Assembly (NCBI GenBank): GCA_030324005.1
Contig: JARDVH010000097.1
Location: forward strand, 67,209,578 to 67,273,577
DNA length: 64,000 nucleotides
From: Negaprion brevirostris
Taxonomy: Eukaryota
Direction: 5' to 3'
Position numbers and translations under genes: made by a program. Below the pieces are notes generated by a model. That model searched no databases, had not been told where the DNA came from, and saw only the letters and a list, made by a program, of their open reading frames with translations. Positions 13,101-25,000 of this stretch are shown piece by piece. Position 1 is the stretch's first letter. Every line of letters begins with the position of its first letter.

Positions 13101-15762
13101 AAGGATAGCAAGAGGAATGGGGCTGTTTGGGGACCAAAAAAGGCATGGAGACAATGGATATGGCTGACGTATTAAATTAATACTTTGAACCTGTCTTTAC
13201 CAAGGAATATGCTATCCAGGTCACGGTGAGAGAGGAGTAGTTCAAAAACTTGAAGGATTTAAAATTAATAAGGAGGCGGTATTGAATAGGCTGCTTATAC
13301 TTAAAAGTTGATAATTCCAGCAACTACTGACCAGTTTAACATCAGTGGTGGGGAAACTTTTAGAAATAACAATTCAGGACAAAGTTAATAGTCATTTGAG
13401 GGAAACATAGGTTAATTAAGAGAGCAGGCACAGATTTGTCAAGGGAAAATCATGTTTAACTAACTTGTTGGAGTTTTTTGATGAGATAGTGGGGAGACTT
13501 GATGAGGTTAATGCTGCTGATGTACATCAACCTCCAAAGGCATTGGGTAAAGTTCAACGTGACAGACTGGTGGGCAAAGGTAAAGTTAATGAAATAAAAG
13601 GGCAGAGGAGCAACATGCATACAATATTGGCTGAATGGCAGGAAATAAGAGTGATGGTGAATGGTTGTTTTTCAGATTAGAGGAAGGATTATAGTAGAGT
13701 TTCCCAAAGGTAGTATTAGAACCTCTGATCTTCCTGGAATATATTAGTTACTTAGATCTTGATATGTAAGGCATCTTTTTGAAAGTTACAGTTAATATAA
13801 AACGTGGAAGTACTGAAAACTATAGAATTTCAAAAAGACAGACAGATCTGTGGAATGGAGGGGTGGCATTACAAGTGACAGATGAAATTTAATGCAAAGT
13901 AGTGCAAAATGATTTATCTAGGTAGGAAGAACATGGAGATACAATTTAAAGGGCACAAATCTAAAAGGGTCTATATGTGCATAAATCATTGAAGGTGACA
14001 GGACAAATTGAGAAAATAGCGAATAAAATATGGTATCCTGGGCTTTATCAACTGGGGCAAAGAGTACAAAAGCAATCATGTTAAACCTGTATAAAACACT
14101 GGTTTGGCCTCAATTGGAGTATTGTGCCCAGTTCTGAGATTAGAAGAAGGTCAGAGGGTGCAGAAAAGATTCACAAAAATGATTCCTGGAATGAGGAACT
14201 TCACCGTTTTCCATGAGAGGAGATTTGGTTGATGCATGCAAAATCATGAGTCTGGACAGAGTAGATAGGCTGAATCTGTTCTCATTGATGGAAGGTCAAT
14301 TTGAGTCATTGGTAAAAGTAGTAATACTGCCATGAAAAAAATCTTTCATCGAGTAAGTTGTTAGAACCTGAAACGCATTGCGAGTGAGATGGTGGCAGGT
14401 CGAATCCGGGGATTCAAAGGGGAATTGGATCAACATCTGAAAAGGAAAAAAATGGATGACTATGGGAAAAAGCTACAGGTGTGACAGTAGGTGGACTACT
14501 CCTTCAGAAGGCAAGTACAGTCACAACAGGCCAAATGGTCTCCCTTTGTGCTGTAACTATTCTAAGATTGTACGATTCCTGTGGCACTTCCTCTTGCCCC
14601 AAGGCACCTCTGGAACATATATTCCTGACTCCTATATTTACAGAGTTTCCTTCAATTACCTCTGGAGCTAAATAACTGACCCATGGTTTCCAGTACTGCC
14701 TTATCATGTGGTCACACTATCCTATTGTACTAAATAACATTGTTGTAACAATGTACAGTCAAACCAATTAGATCTTAGTGCTGAGCTCAAGTTCAGGCCA
14801 ACTCCACTCATTAAAATATTTTCTCACAACTCCTCCATCCCAATGTTTTTTTTAATCTGAATTTACCTTTCAAAATATATGGAGACTGGCCTACATGTTG
14901 ACCTTGATGGAATATTTCAATCTTGAGCCCCTCACTGGCAGTTCCATACAGTCGGTACCTCATAAGAAATGTTCCATCATTTCGATCCAAGGGTGCAGGT
15001 ACATAACGCCGAACATGTTCTCTGGAGGACAGCACTATGATCACCACGTTGAAGGTGTTACTTCCTGAATTAAAAAGGGCAAAATGAATGACTTTACTTT
15101 TCAGTTTCACTCACTATACTATATTTATTAATTTAAGAACACAGGTTTTTTTAAAAAGTCTCCAAAGTTACAATTGGCTGGAGAGGAATCTCAACAGAAA
15201 ATCCACATTAGAGTGGCTTTTAATTTGCACAAACATGTGAGCACAGAAATTTGATTATAACCTTTAAATGACTCCCAGATGTCTGGTAGTGGTCATGATT
15301 CCATTATAATTCAATGTGGGGAATTTTAATTTACTGTTGCACTGCAAGATGCAGAACAATACTGACAAAAATGCTTAGCCATTAGGACTGCATTGCTGGA
15401 CTTCAATAAAGTTAAGCTAAACCTGGCTGCAATGAAATATTGCAATCAATATAGTTTTAAGAGTGAATTACAGCAACAAATCCAGAACTGATGACCATGT
15501 TGTTTCACTGGGAGTGAACAAAATGGTCCAGATTCCCAGGAGGAATTTACATACCGGGAGAAGAGGTGACATTTTCTCCTGTGGAGTTAACTGCCTGGAT
15601 ATAGAAATATCGAACCGGCAGCACAACATCAGCCCTCAGACCCGGCCCCCAGACCAAACTTTTTGCAGCACTCACTTCCTCTTTCCCTGTTTCACATTTA
15701 CCAACACAAACCATTAAAAACAACTCCACCGAAAACACCCAGAGCCATTGCTGCCGCTGCAT
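1001..15762 (-). CDS. POGLUT3: POGLUT3/KDELC2 protein O-glucosyltransferase 3, gene span of coding exons 1-6 (3' exons lie outside the window)
   Basis: Six GT-AG bounded exons with compatible phases, except the broken 5' end of exon 3. They encode a signal peptide, a filamin-like domain and a CAP10/GT90 glycosyltransferase domain. Adjacency to EXPH5 favours POGLUT3 over POGLUT2. Confidence 0.93.
2712..2908 (-). CDS. POGLUT3: POGLUT3 exon 5 ([23 protein letters not shown]...[16 protein letters not shown]...FFDFFK)
   Basis: Acceptor CCAAG|GT, donor AAG|GTATGA; 197 nt, phase 1-0; GT90 WRGRDS motif. Confidence 0.93.
3440..3577 (+). mobile_element. Common shark LINE/SINE 3' tail (TTCAAGAAGGCAGCTCA...GGATGGGCAATAAA...A-rich end); related copies at ~3750-3950, 20505-20680, 35430-35545, 42860-43000, 56965-57140
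   Basis: Recurrent dispersed motif seen several times in this window in both orientations; family not assigned. Confidence 0.6.
4050..4550 (+). mobile_element. CR1 LINE 3' fragment
   Basis: Decayed LEA.QRRF / LIETY.IL.G.DRV / FFSQR..NLWNSLP and a CR1-type 3' tail. Confidence 0.75.
4600..5740 (-). mobile_element. Old L2-like LINE fragment
   Basis: Purine-rich + strand typical of antisense L2 ORF2; shares motifs with 16960-17310 and 46590-46820. Confidence 0.5.
5780..6413. other. Assembly gap (634 N)
   Basis: N run; ORFs spanning it are artefacts. Confidence 0.99.
6414..6592 (+). mobile_element. HE1-type elasmobranch SINE (3' half, abutting a gap)
   Basis: TTCCTCCCACAGTCCAAAGATGTGCGGGTTAGG...GGCCATGCTAAAATTGCCCC core, and CR1-derived tail GATGGGCCAAATGGCCT...CTGCACTGTAGGGTTTCTATG. 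Confidence 0.85.
6800..7025. mobile_element. Penelope-type terminal-repeat inverted pair; related copies at ~9345-9450, 11245-11405, 16245-16380, 18830-18945, 54600-54690, 55665-55745, 56685-56825
   Basis: The motif CAGATGCTG.CAGACCTGCTGAG..TTTCCAGCATTTTCTGTTTT is present on both arms in inverted orientation. Confidence 0.65.
7275..7485 (-). CDS. POGLUT3: POGLUT3 exon 4 ([16 protein letters not shown]...PIISWCGS...LPTYDIT...[10 protein letters not shown])
   Basis: Acceptor CGTAG|GTT after an 87-nt intron, donor CTG|GTAGGT; 211 nt, phase 0-1. Confidence 0.93.
7573..7797 (-). CDS. POGLUT3: POGLUT3 exon 3, 3' portion only ([23 protein letters not shown]...[35 protein letters not shown])
   Basis: Translated by hand (not in the ORF track). 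Donor AAA|GTAAGT at 7572. Homology stops at ~7797, with an in-frame TAA at 7809-7807 and no usable acceptor. Confidence 0.88.
8164..8858 (-). mobile_element. CR1 LINE 3' fragment
   Basis: ORF remnant [21 protein letters not shown]...[10 protein letters not shown] and a CR1 tail repeat. Confidence 0.85.
8566..8682 (+). mobile_element. 117-bp Penelope-type insertion with a 10-bp target-site duplication, nested in CR1
   Basis: CCAATGAAAA at 8556-8565 and 8683-8692; the body is homologous to the arms at 12410-12623. Confidence 0.75.
10080..10720 (-). mobile_element. Degenerate CR1 RT fragment
   Basis: Antisense remnants of W.MKFNAEKC..., LE.RRLIGDL.EVFKI. Confidence 0.6.
10723..11010 (-). mobile_element. 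L1/Tx1-like LINE 3' fragment
   Basis: [36 protein letters not shown] resembles the Tx1-type ORF2 C-terminus. Confidence 0.65.
12410..12623. mobile_element. Penelope-type palindromic insertion nested in CR1
   Basis: 12450-12534 and 12538-12623 are ~85-bp inverted repeats; flanked by diverged direct repeats AAGTGGATCA / AAGCGAATCA. Confidence 0.75.
12538..12576 (+). ncRNA. Minimal type I hammerhead ribozyme motif
   Basis: ATCAC-CTGATGA-A-GGAGC(AGA)GCTCC-GAAA-GC-TC-GTGAT: stem I, intact catalytic core, 5-bp stem II, palindromic AGCT stem III. Confidence 0.7.
14867..15064 (-). CDS. POGLUT3: POGLUT3 exon 2 (filamin-like domain, [16 protein letters not shown]...[11 protein letters not shown])
   Basis: Acceptor TTCAG|GA, donor AAG|GTAAAT; 198 nt, phase 1-1. 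Confidence 0.93.
15555..15762 (-). CDS. POGLUT3: POGLUT3 exon 1 ([21 protein letters not shown]...[35 protein letters not shown])
   Basis: ATG at 15762, hydrophobic signal peptide, conserved VWGPGL...[12 protein letters not shown] motif, donor CCG|GTATGT; 208 nt, ends phase 1. Confidence 0.9.
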
Positions 15763-15970
15763 TATTTTTGATCTGCTCCGATTCACCCCCTATACATTTG
15801 CAAACTTCCCACCATACCACCACCCACCCCCCCCCCCAAATAAACCTTCAATGCCACCCGGGGAGACTCCACATCATTAGCCGCCTTTGACTGGAGTGCG
15901 GAAACCCCGATGGCTGCGTCGGAATGAAAAGAAAACCTGGAACGGATCCCTGGTGGAGCCGAACCGAATA
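15763..15970 (-). promoter_or_regulatory. Probable POGLUT3 5' UTR/proximal promoter (small CpG-retaining patch)
   Basis: Local CpG enrichment and a G-rich tract (C-run on +) immediately upstream of the ATG, in an otherwise CpG-depleted background. Confidence 0.45.
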
Positions 15971-17989
15971 ACGATTAGCTTGCATTTATATAGCACCTTT
16001 AATCCAGTACGATGTCCCAATGTTATCAAAAAAGATTTGTCATTCCCCCCGATGTGGAAAGGTCTTGATGTTCCATCCTGCTATCCAGTGGAAATGAGGG
16101 TCTGCACTGGAGATCTCTTTATTCTGGAGTTGTCCCCTGTTCCATTGGAGATCTGGGTTTGGAGAGTGTTGCACCATGCAATCCCTTCAAATATGTTTAA
16201 AAGTCAATTCACAGAGTCCAGGGCTACCTGTAATTTTTGCAATTACAGAACATAAAATGCTGGAAAGACTCAGTAGGTCTGGCAGCATCCATGGAGAGAG
16301 AAACAGAGTTAACATTTTGAGTCCATATGACCCTTCAGATTTCAGATCCCAGCATTTGCAGTTTTCTTTTTGCTTTTACTGTAAATTTTTGTGGCCAAGG
16401 TGACTCTGTGTTTCATGATTACACTGAGCCTGAGGGAGTTGCTCCTCTACCAATGGCCAGTCTTTAGTTCCATGCACTTGATCTTTAGCCACCTGATCAA
16501 GAGAGGAACAGGCAATTCCAATAACTCCTTATACATTAGCTCTTGGGCCTCTCTAATTAGGTGATCTTTAACAGATCCAAATATGGTGTAGTTGATGGGA
16601 TGGTCACTTGACATACCTGCCTTTCTTAGACAGGTATGTCCAAATCTGACTGTGCCTGGAAAGGAAGCATATTATCCACTGTTATACTTGAGAATTTTTG
16701 CAAATGGTGGACAACTGAGGAATTGAAGTACAATAAAAGGAATTAAAATTATAATTTAATAAGTTGGTAGTTTTGTCCTAATTTCAAACTTAGATCTGTG
16801 TACCTCTAACAAGGGAGTAATTATTGGTTATGTGTTCCTGTTCAATGCTTTAATGATTTTAACTTATCTAAAAGTGTCAAGTAAGATTTGACATTGATAC
16901 AAACAGGAGATGAGTGATATTCTAATTGGGAGATGTGCAAGAGGCTAGTATTGGATGAGCACAAGTGATCTCAGAGGGTTGTAGGGATGGAGGAGGTTAC
17001 CGCAATAGCGAGGAGTAAGCCAATAGAGGGATTTGAAACAAGGATAAGAATTTTAAAATTGAGATGTTGCCAAACTGGGAGCCAAAGTAACTAAACCAGC
17101 ACAGGATTAAAAAGTGAATGGACTTGATGTGTTTGGATATGGGGAAAAGAATTTTGGATCAGTTACAGTTTTGAAGGGTGGAAGATGGCAGGCTGACCAG
17201 AAGAGCATTGTAAAAGTGACAAAGGAATGGATGAAGTTTCCAGCAACAGATGAGCTGAGGCAGTTGGGGGGAAATAGGTTTTGAGATGGATGTAGACACA
17301 GATCAAGTACATTGGAAACAGGATTTCTCATCAGCTCCCCACACTAGCAGAAAGAGTGGGGCACAGAAAAGAATAAAGAAAATACAATAGGTAACATGTT
17401 TCTTCAATGAATACACTGGGCAAATGCCCTGACATGGAGTTTTGAGAAGGTCTGAGGAAACATACATTTGCCAAGTTCCATTTTGAAATTTTAAATTATA
17501 ATTATATATCATTCAGACTTCAACTCATTACATGTCTATGATTTTAATGCATTTCACATGAAAAGTTCACATTGCTCCATATATTTATAAGTGAGTTTCT
17601 AATTGGACTTCTATTTATTTGTTTTATGCAGAATGACAATGTAGAATGGAGGGCTTCACATTCTCAGGGCATTGAAAGAGGTCATGGGGCCAGTAGACCC
17701 TTAACAGGTAGAACAGGTTTCTTTCAAACCAGAGGCATGTCAATGTATTAACAAAAAAAAGATTAATGAGGAATCACTAAAGTGGATGATGGCCAAAATA
17801 ATTAATAAATGAGTGATGGAATGTTATTGGGTAGGTTGGACATCAGTTAAGAAGAATAGTTAAAGGAAAATTATGAAAATGGCAAATGATTCCGAAGGGT
17901 ATGACTACATTTATACGTGAATACACAAAGCATTGGAAATAATGTCAAATGCATAGAAAAAGATCCAGGCTTGATCAAAATCTGACTTC

Positions 17990-18450
17990 AATACCACCCT
18001 GCACCAACCAATCGAACACCTGCTCGCTTCACTTGCTTGTTTCTGGCAAGAGAGAACTAAATGTAGTTAGTTTTCTTTGAGTAGAGAGCATCAATGATCT
18101 CCCTTGTGCAACACCGGGTACAAAACTGCAAGAAAACACTCATATCTTTACCTCCAAACTGGAAGGAACCAGAGACATTAATGTTTATCGTAGTAATTAA
18201 CACTGCATCTTGTCCTGCTGAGTTTAAAGTTGTGGTTGAAGCAGATGCCAAATTTCAATGACGACCTCCTTAGTGAAATGCAGATGTCTCACAGATTGTT
18301 CTTTGCTAGCCCCAGTAGGAGGACTGTTTTCTGAATACACAGGGCAGATATGGTCTCTGATCAATCTTCACCCCTTCCTCCTTCTCCTCCCTCTTTTAGC
18401 AGCTTGTCCTACTCTTTTTGGTCTCTGCTCTTTCTCCCAGCCACTCCCTG
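17990..18450 (-). mobile_element. PIF/Harbinger DNA transposon, decayed transposase fragment
   Basis: Remnants VRHLHFTKEVV.EI..LLQP and SGSFQ...CCTREIIDALYSKK.NYI resemble the HARBI1-like N-terminus. Confidence 0.65.
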
Positions 18451-19559
18451 CCACTGCAGCTATATCAGAGAGCAACTGGTTTGTGAGAAAGCAGGAAGCA
18501 CTTCAGCATGTGTCACAGCACTCCCTGTATACTTCTGAAATTTGGAACAATAATGCAAAACACCAAAAATATGTAGAATTGTAGCAAAATCCGGATAAAA
18601 TAAGTCCTTCCTACATTTAACGTGTATTCAGTTGGGTGGCCTTAAGAGAGGGGATACTGATTGATGTCACGATCTGCATAATCGACACTACCTAATTTCA
18701 ACAGACATTCACTGCATGCGCATTAATGCCTGCACCAAGATGGCAATTGTTGCAGTTTATCTGTACACCTTGAATGCCATTTTGTTGCCTTTCTGTCTAT
18801 CTACCATCACTGGCCAAAAACAATAATCTTTGCTCTTGTTTCTGACGAAGGGTCATCCAGACTCGAAATGTTGGTTCTATTCTCTCTCCACAGATGCTAT
18901 CAGACCTGCTGAGATTTTCCAGCATTTTCTGTTTTTGTTGCCTTCTAACCAGGCCATCTTGACATCCGTTCCCTTCTAATGCTGCCTCAGGCCTGTCTAG
19001 AGATTTTGCCCACCCACTTCTCTAGAAGATGAAAATTTGGTGGTGATGGGGAGAGGTGATGGGTTCAGGTCAACGAAGTTGGGAACTGCCCCAACTTGTG
19101 TTTCCCTTATTCAGAGATGAAAATCCAGTCCAAGTAGTTACACTTAAAGTGCGATAAGATTGTCAAAACATTAATCTGCAGCTTCATCACTTGTGCTGCA
19201 GGAAAATATTATAAATATGTAAATGCAGATTTAGAACTTTATGAAGGGGACTGCAAATATGGTTTGCCCTGGTATGGTCCCCATCTTCACTTCCATGAAC
19301 CAAATGGCAGAGACACAAGTCAATAAATTATTCTTTACATCTGTTTTGAATTTATTATTCATTCATTTTAATTATGTCTTCTGGGGGAATTTTCCTTCTG
19401 AATTTTAAAGTAATATTCTGCATCTTTCTATGTGCTACTTAATATCTGTGCCATGGTTACCCTTAACATGTTTTACAGGCTGCAGGACTTTGAAACAGGG
19501 CATGTTTCTTTCTCATGGCTTATTTCTTTTATAGTTGTGATTGTTTAATTCAAGCAAAA

Positions 19560-19930
19560 GTCAAGCAACATCTTTACCTAAATTGCTCAGTCTTGTTTCC
19601 AGATCCCTCCATCGTCTTGCCCCTCCTCATTTCTATAATCCCTCCCACACCATAAATCTCTGAGATATCTGCACCCCTCTAATTCTGGCCTCAAGTTATA
19701 ATTTGTTCCACTTTAGGTGGCCTATGTGGTCAGTTGCCTAGACCCCAAGCTCTGCAATTTCCTCTCTACATCTATACTTCACTTTTCTCCTTTAAAACAC
19801 TCTTAATATCTATCTCTTTGACTAAGCTTTTGGTCATACTTCTGCTTACGTGGCTCAGTGTCATCCTTTGTTTTGTAATGCTCCTGTAAAGCTCTTAGGG
19901 CTGTTTAATCACATTAAAAGTGCTACACAA
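19560..19930 (+). mobile_element. L2 LINE 3' end
   Basis: FKTLL..YLFD.AFG remnant, and tail GCTCCTGTAAAG...AAAAGTGCTA...TTATTGTTGTT. Confidence 0.7.
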
Positions 19931-20234
19931 ATATAATTTATTGTTGTTATGCCTTCTCCTTGTCCTGTCTCTGATTCTTCCATGTGTTTCTTTTTGTGGT
20001 ATGGTGAACAAACAATCCAAGGATGGTCTAACTAGTCTGTTGTTAAAAACTCAGTTTCATATCTGGAACTTTATTAACTACTGATTCCAGTACCTTAACT
20101 TGTTTCCAAGGGCTTTGCCATATTTCAAGGTATGTAATGTAATCAATAGATAGGCACTATCAGATACTTGGCTCAGTTGCCATCTAGCAAATCAATTTAA
20201 AGACAGAGAATATGTTGCTAACTCGCTTCCATGT

Positions 20235-20835
20235 GCAGTGAGAGAATAAGACATTAAACCAAAGCCTNNNNNNNNNNNNNNNNNNNNNNNNNNNNNNNNN
20301 NNNNNNNNNNNNNNNNNNNNNNNNNNNNNNNNNNNNNNNNNNNNNNNNNNNNNNNNNNNNNNNNNNNGAGAGAATAAGACATTAAACCAAAGCCTAGTTG
20401 ACCATAAAAGATCCTATAGCATTATTCAAAGAAGCACAAGAGAATTCTTCTGGTGCCCAGGCCAACGTACATCCCGCAACTAACATATTAGCTGGTCACT
20501 TATCTTTTTTTATTCATTCATGGGATATGGGCATTGCTGGATAGGCCTGGACTTGTTCCCTAACTGACCTTGATGAGGTGATGGTGAGCTGTCTTCTTGA
20601 ACCGCTACAATTTATGTTATGAAAGTGCACCCACAGGGCTGTTAGGTAGGAAGTTCCAGGATTTTGATCTTGTGATATCATTGCTATTTTTAGAACATTG
20701 CTGCACAAAATTGGCTGCCAAGTTTGCTTGCATTCCAACATTGATTATACCTCAAAAGTAGCTATTTGGCTGTGAAAGAGTGTGTGAGGTTAAAGTTGCT
20801 ATATCAGTGCAGATTTTTCCTTTGTTATTATTCAG
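20235..20835 (+). mobile_element. Deu-domain (SacSINE1-like) SINE interrupted by another repeat; related antisense copies at ~37160-37430 and ~57740-58530
   Basis: TAAAAGATCC.AT.GCA.TATT..AAGAAG...GGCCAA...ATCCC.CAAC central domain. Confidence 0.55.
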
Positions 20836-22015
20836 CTAGTTTAGGAGGCAAGTCCTTTTCCAAAAGAATCTAAATTTGCATTTCTCGAATACAAATAAAA
20901 ATCTCCCAAACTTGGGGCGAGATTTTCTGGGCCTTCCTGTTGGCAGGATCCCTTGGTATTGTAGAAGGAGACCCCCGCAGTGGGTTCCCTGATGGCGTGA
21001 TTGGTGAGCCACACATGATGCCATAGGCATTGGCAGGACTGGAAGATCACACTGAAAGCCAATGATAACCTGCCTCCATGGCTGTAAAACATGAGGGGGC
21101 GGGGGAGGGGGTGGAATTTTGCTCTTGCACTTACATTTATAGCCTCAACATACAATAAAAGCTTTGTTTTCTGTTTTTATTTTATGTATAGTTCATAGAT
21201 TGGAAAATACACAAAGAAGTACACACTTTTTATACAATCACTTTGTTCAAGGCCCAAACATCTGGAAGTTAACTGCAAATGCAAAAATACAGATACTATT
21301 ATTAGCACCATAATTTCTTATCTATTTTAACATTTAGTTAACAGTATTATTTATAGGTATTGTGCAGAATCTATGAGCAAACAAATAGTATGCTCTATTG
21401 CAAAATATTTTGCCTTGCCCCTTAAGTATATTTTTGATGATCAAAGAATTTTTAGCAATAAAAACTTTCAATCAAATAAGATAAAAAACAGAAGCTCGCA
21501 GCAGCTGAAAACATGAGTACAGAAAAGACTTGAACTGCACAACAGGTCCATCACTATATGAGACATAATAATGTTTCAGGTGAAATCCCGCATTACAAAT
21601 CTTACACAAAGTATTAATCTATCATGTTTTAAATCAAAACCGATATGTTTATGCTTTTAGAGTGGATGGTCCTTTTTGTGCACATTAATATAAATATACA
21701 CAACTTCATCCAAATATGCATTGTCCATTGCTACGAGTAAAGTCCACCTAAAGGATGTTAAAGTGAAATATAAATGGTTCCAGCAATAAAGAGCTTGTTC
21801 CCTGTTAAAGTGCCAAAGAGAACTGAAAATGACAACTATATTATACATTTTGAAAATACAAATATTGATACTCCGAAGTATTTTAGTGTCATACTCGAGA
21901 GTATATTGACACATATTGGAATGACTATGACTGCCAACAACAAAGATCATAAAAGATGATTTGATACAAATCAATAAAATACACTACCAATCAAACTTAT
22001 ATACAGTGATTAGTA

Positions 22016-25000
22016 TTATAATGCAGATTCCTTTACAGTTCCATTGCCATCCAAAAAGTACTCGTCATCAGTAGTGGTGTCTGAGTTTGTATCTGAGTAA
22101 CAAGGAAAATTCTGTTTGTCAATCACAGCTGGTGTATGGTGTTGCTGTGGCGAAAGACTGTCCTCTGATATTTTGCTCCCCGTGGATGAAGAACTTAGGA
22201 GTCTCATTATATCAGAGGGATTTTCCTTGGGCCAGAATATTTTAATGTCTACAGGAAAATATTCATCATTCTGTCCTGCATTATCATTTACCCCTGGATC
22301 CTGATTTACTTTAGTGATGTGTGGATTAAAAACATCTTCACTTCTTGGAGATGAGGCTTTGTTGCGCAGATATCCAGGTTTCCACAATTTGTCCTCTACC
22401 AATACTCTTTTCAGGTTCTTAAGGTGTGTTTCTTTCTTTTTCTCCTCTTTGGAAACATTTCCAATCAAAATCTCACTAAATTTACTGCTATCGTATGAAG
22501 TCCAATTGTTATAGTCAGGCTCATTCTCATTAGAGAAAGGGAAATCAAAAGATGATTGAGAAAGTCTACGAGATTTTATACAATTTGAAACCTGGAGACT
22601 GGGGCGAGATTGCCTGTTGCGAACAGTTCGTTTAGGATTATGCAAACTGCCGGTGGAAAATACATTTTCATGATCTTGGAAGGGAGATTGGTTATAATCT
22701 GAATTAATGTCTTTCAAACTTTTTGCCTTATACATACCATCACACATATGTGAAATATTCTGTGGATTGGACCTTGGAGAACGTGTAAACCTGCAGTGTT
22801 TTTTCGAAAATCTGGATGTCCCTGTCTGTAAGTTATTGTTGACTGTATCATCTTCATCAATACTAGAGGAACTTGCTCTGAGTTGATAAAAATCATTGTA
22901 GGCGTTCAATCTATTGCGAAAATTATTAAGCTCTGTGATATCTGAATCAATTTGATCCTCATTTGAAGAGCTTTGCTGCGGCGAGGTAGAAATATTTGCA
23001 TTTTTCGTTCCCTTTGTCCGGTTCTGAAATGTTTCTCCACAGAACACTTTCCTTCTGCGTCTGAATATTTTGCCATCTCTTTTTGCATTGTCAAAGTCTT
23101 GTGCAGGGAAATCAACACGATTTGGTGAATGATCACATGTTACATTCCTGTTGTTATGTATAATATCAATGGGAGACAGAAGAGTGGGTGACAAATCATG
23201 TGGCGAAGAAATATCATTGATTAAATCCTTATTAAGTTGTTCACAACTGCCATAGTATCTTCTGGCCAAAGTGATACCACCACTTTTTGTCGTCTCTCTC
23301 AAATACTTACTTTTCTTGCTGCACGTGACACTTAAAAAAGAGTCTTGATCAATCAACAGATCCCGTGATGAAACAGTATTGTCAGTTTCTGATTTATAGC
23401 GCTTCATTTTAACATCACATCGTTTATTCAAAGACTGATCACTGGTTGGAAACCAATTCTGAAACTTTGTATTTTTGTCCCATGCAATGTCTGTATCAGG
23501 CAATAAGAAAGTTCCTCTATTGTTTTTANNNNNNNNNNNNNNNNNNNNNNNNNNNNNNNNNNNNNNNNNNNNNNNNNNNNNNNNNNNNNNNNNNNNNNNN
23601 NNNNNNNNNNNNNNNNNNNNNNNNNNNNTTAGATTTACAGTTTTCTAGATTCTTGATAGTTGCTGTGTCCATTACAAAGTCACTTCTATTTGGAGACTGA
23701 ACAGGTGATTTGCCTTGTTTACTTTTTCTGATATTTAAAGGGGACTGTTGTTCAACCAAAGAAAATTCATTGCCGGTTTCAAGTTTGTACTTCTGTAAAC
23801 AGCTATTATTTTTTCTGTTCATTATAAATTCCCCACTCAATGTGCATTGAGTTGATGATTTGTCTTGGGTGTTGCGAATGGTATCAGTGGTGAGCCAATG
23901 TCCGGTCATCTTAGATGGTGATGAGGGCGCACTATTAGTTTTATGTAAATCTTTAAAGTTTAACTTTTTGTAAGGTATTTTATCATGATAGGTTTCAGTA
24001 AAGTGTGATGAATAACTCAGCCTGAGATTTTTCGTGATATCTGTGATAGTGGTTGTGGACTGTGCGTCATTTAGTGAACCTAATGCTGGAATTGTGTTAG
24101 TTTCTAATGAGTTCACTTTTAAATGTTCATTGACACAAATATCTGCACTGACAGTAGCACAGTTCAGTGAACAATTCACTGTCTCACATTTGTTGCTATG
24201 TGTCTGAGGAGAACAGTGGCTGGACACTGAATAGAGTGATGGAATGATATGACTTGTCTTAAATTTGTCCTGATCATAATCCTGATTAATCACATCAACA
24301 TCAGTCCTAGCTGGCAAATAATTCAGTGGCATGTCCTTATAACCGTGTGTTGTCCTGGTAGGAGATTTTTGTTGAGTAACTTTATCTCCTGACAGCAGTG
24401 CACTTTTAGTTTCATGTTTGCAATTTTCCAAATAATCAGGTCTTTCTTGGTGTACATTGATGGCCACACTGTTTACCGAATGACGTGGTGACTTGTCTTC
24501 ATTGCTATGCACAATGTCTGTAGGAGACAACTGGCTGGATACCTGGTTCAGTGTTGAAGGCATAGACTCGGTCTCAAATGTATTCACTGCATCACAAGTA
24601 TTATTAGCTTCTCTGTCCACATTGATACCATCAATACTTAGGGAACGATCCTGCAATATATTTCTCCTGCCTTGTGTGATATTTTTACGGGTCCATTGTC
24701 TATTCAGTTTATCAGATGAAAGTGCACTGTTTTTGTCGGACTGGCATGTCGCTATAATTTCGTTACCTACTATCAAACTGATGTCATCTCTGACCAGGGA
24801 AAGTGTCTTTGATTTGTCTTCATTGCTGCTTTGAAGAGTNNNNNNNNNNNNNNNNNNNNNNNNNNNNNNNNNNNNNNNNNNNNNNNNNNNNNNNNNNNNN
24901 NNNNNNNNNNNNNNNNNNNNNNNNNNNNNNNNNNNNNNNNNNNNNNNNNNNNNNNNNNNNNNNNNNNNNNNNNNNNNNNNNNNNNNNNNNNNNNNNNNNN

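Larger units (their letters stand above)
11930..14580 (+). mobile_element. Long decayed CR1 LINE (endonuclease to RT to 3' tail)
   Basis: Remnants [69 protein letters not shown]; many stops and frameshifts. Confidence 0.88.

Noticed and set aside
21170-21185. AATAAA on the minus strand (21181-21176) as the EXPH5 poly(A) signal
   Set aside because: Plausible, but the region is AT-rich with other candidates (e.g. ~19351); cannot choose without 3'-end data.
23503-23628. Apparent stop/frameshift splitting EXPH5 into 2578-aa and 495-aa ORFs (two genes or a pseudogene)
   Set aside because: Caused by a 100-N placeholder; collapsing the TTA overlap gives a continuous frame.
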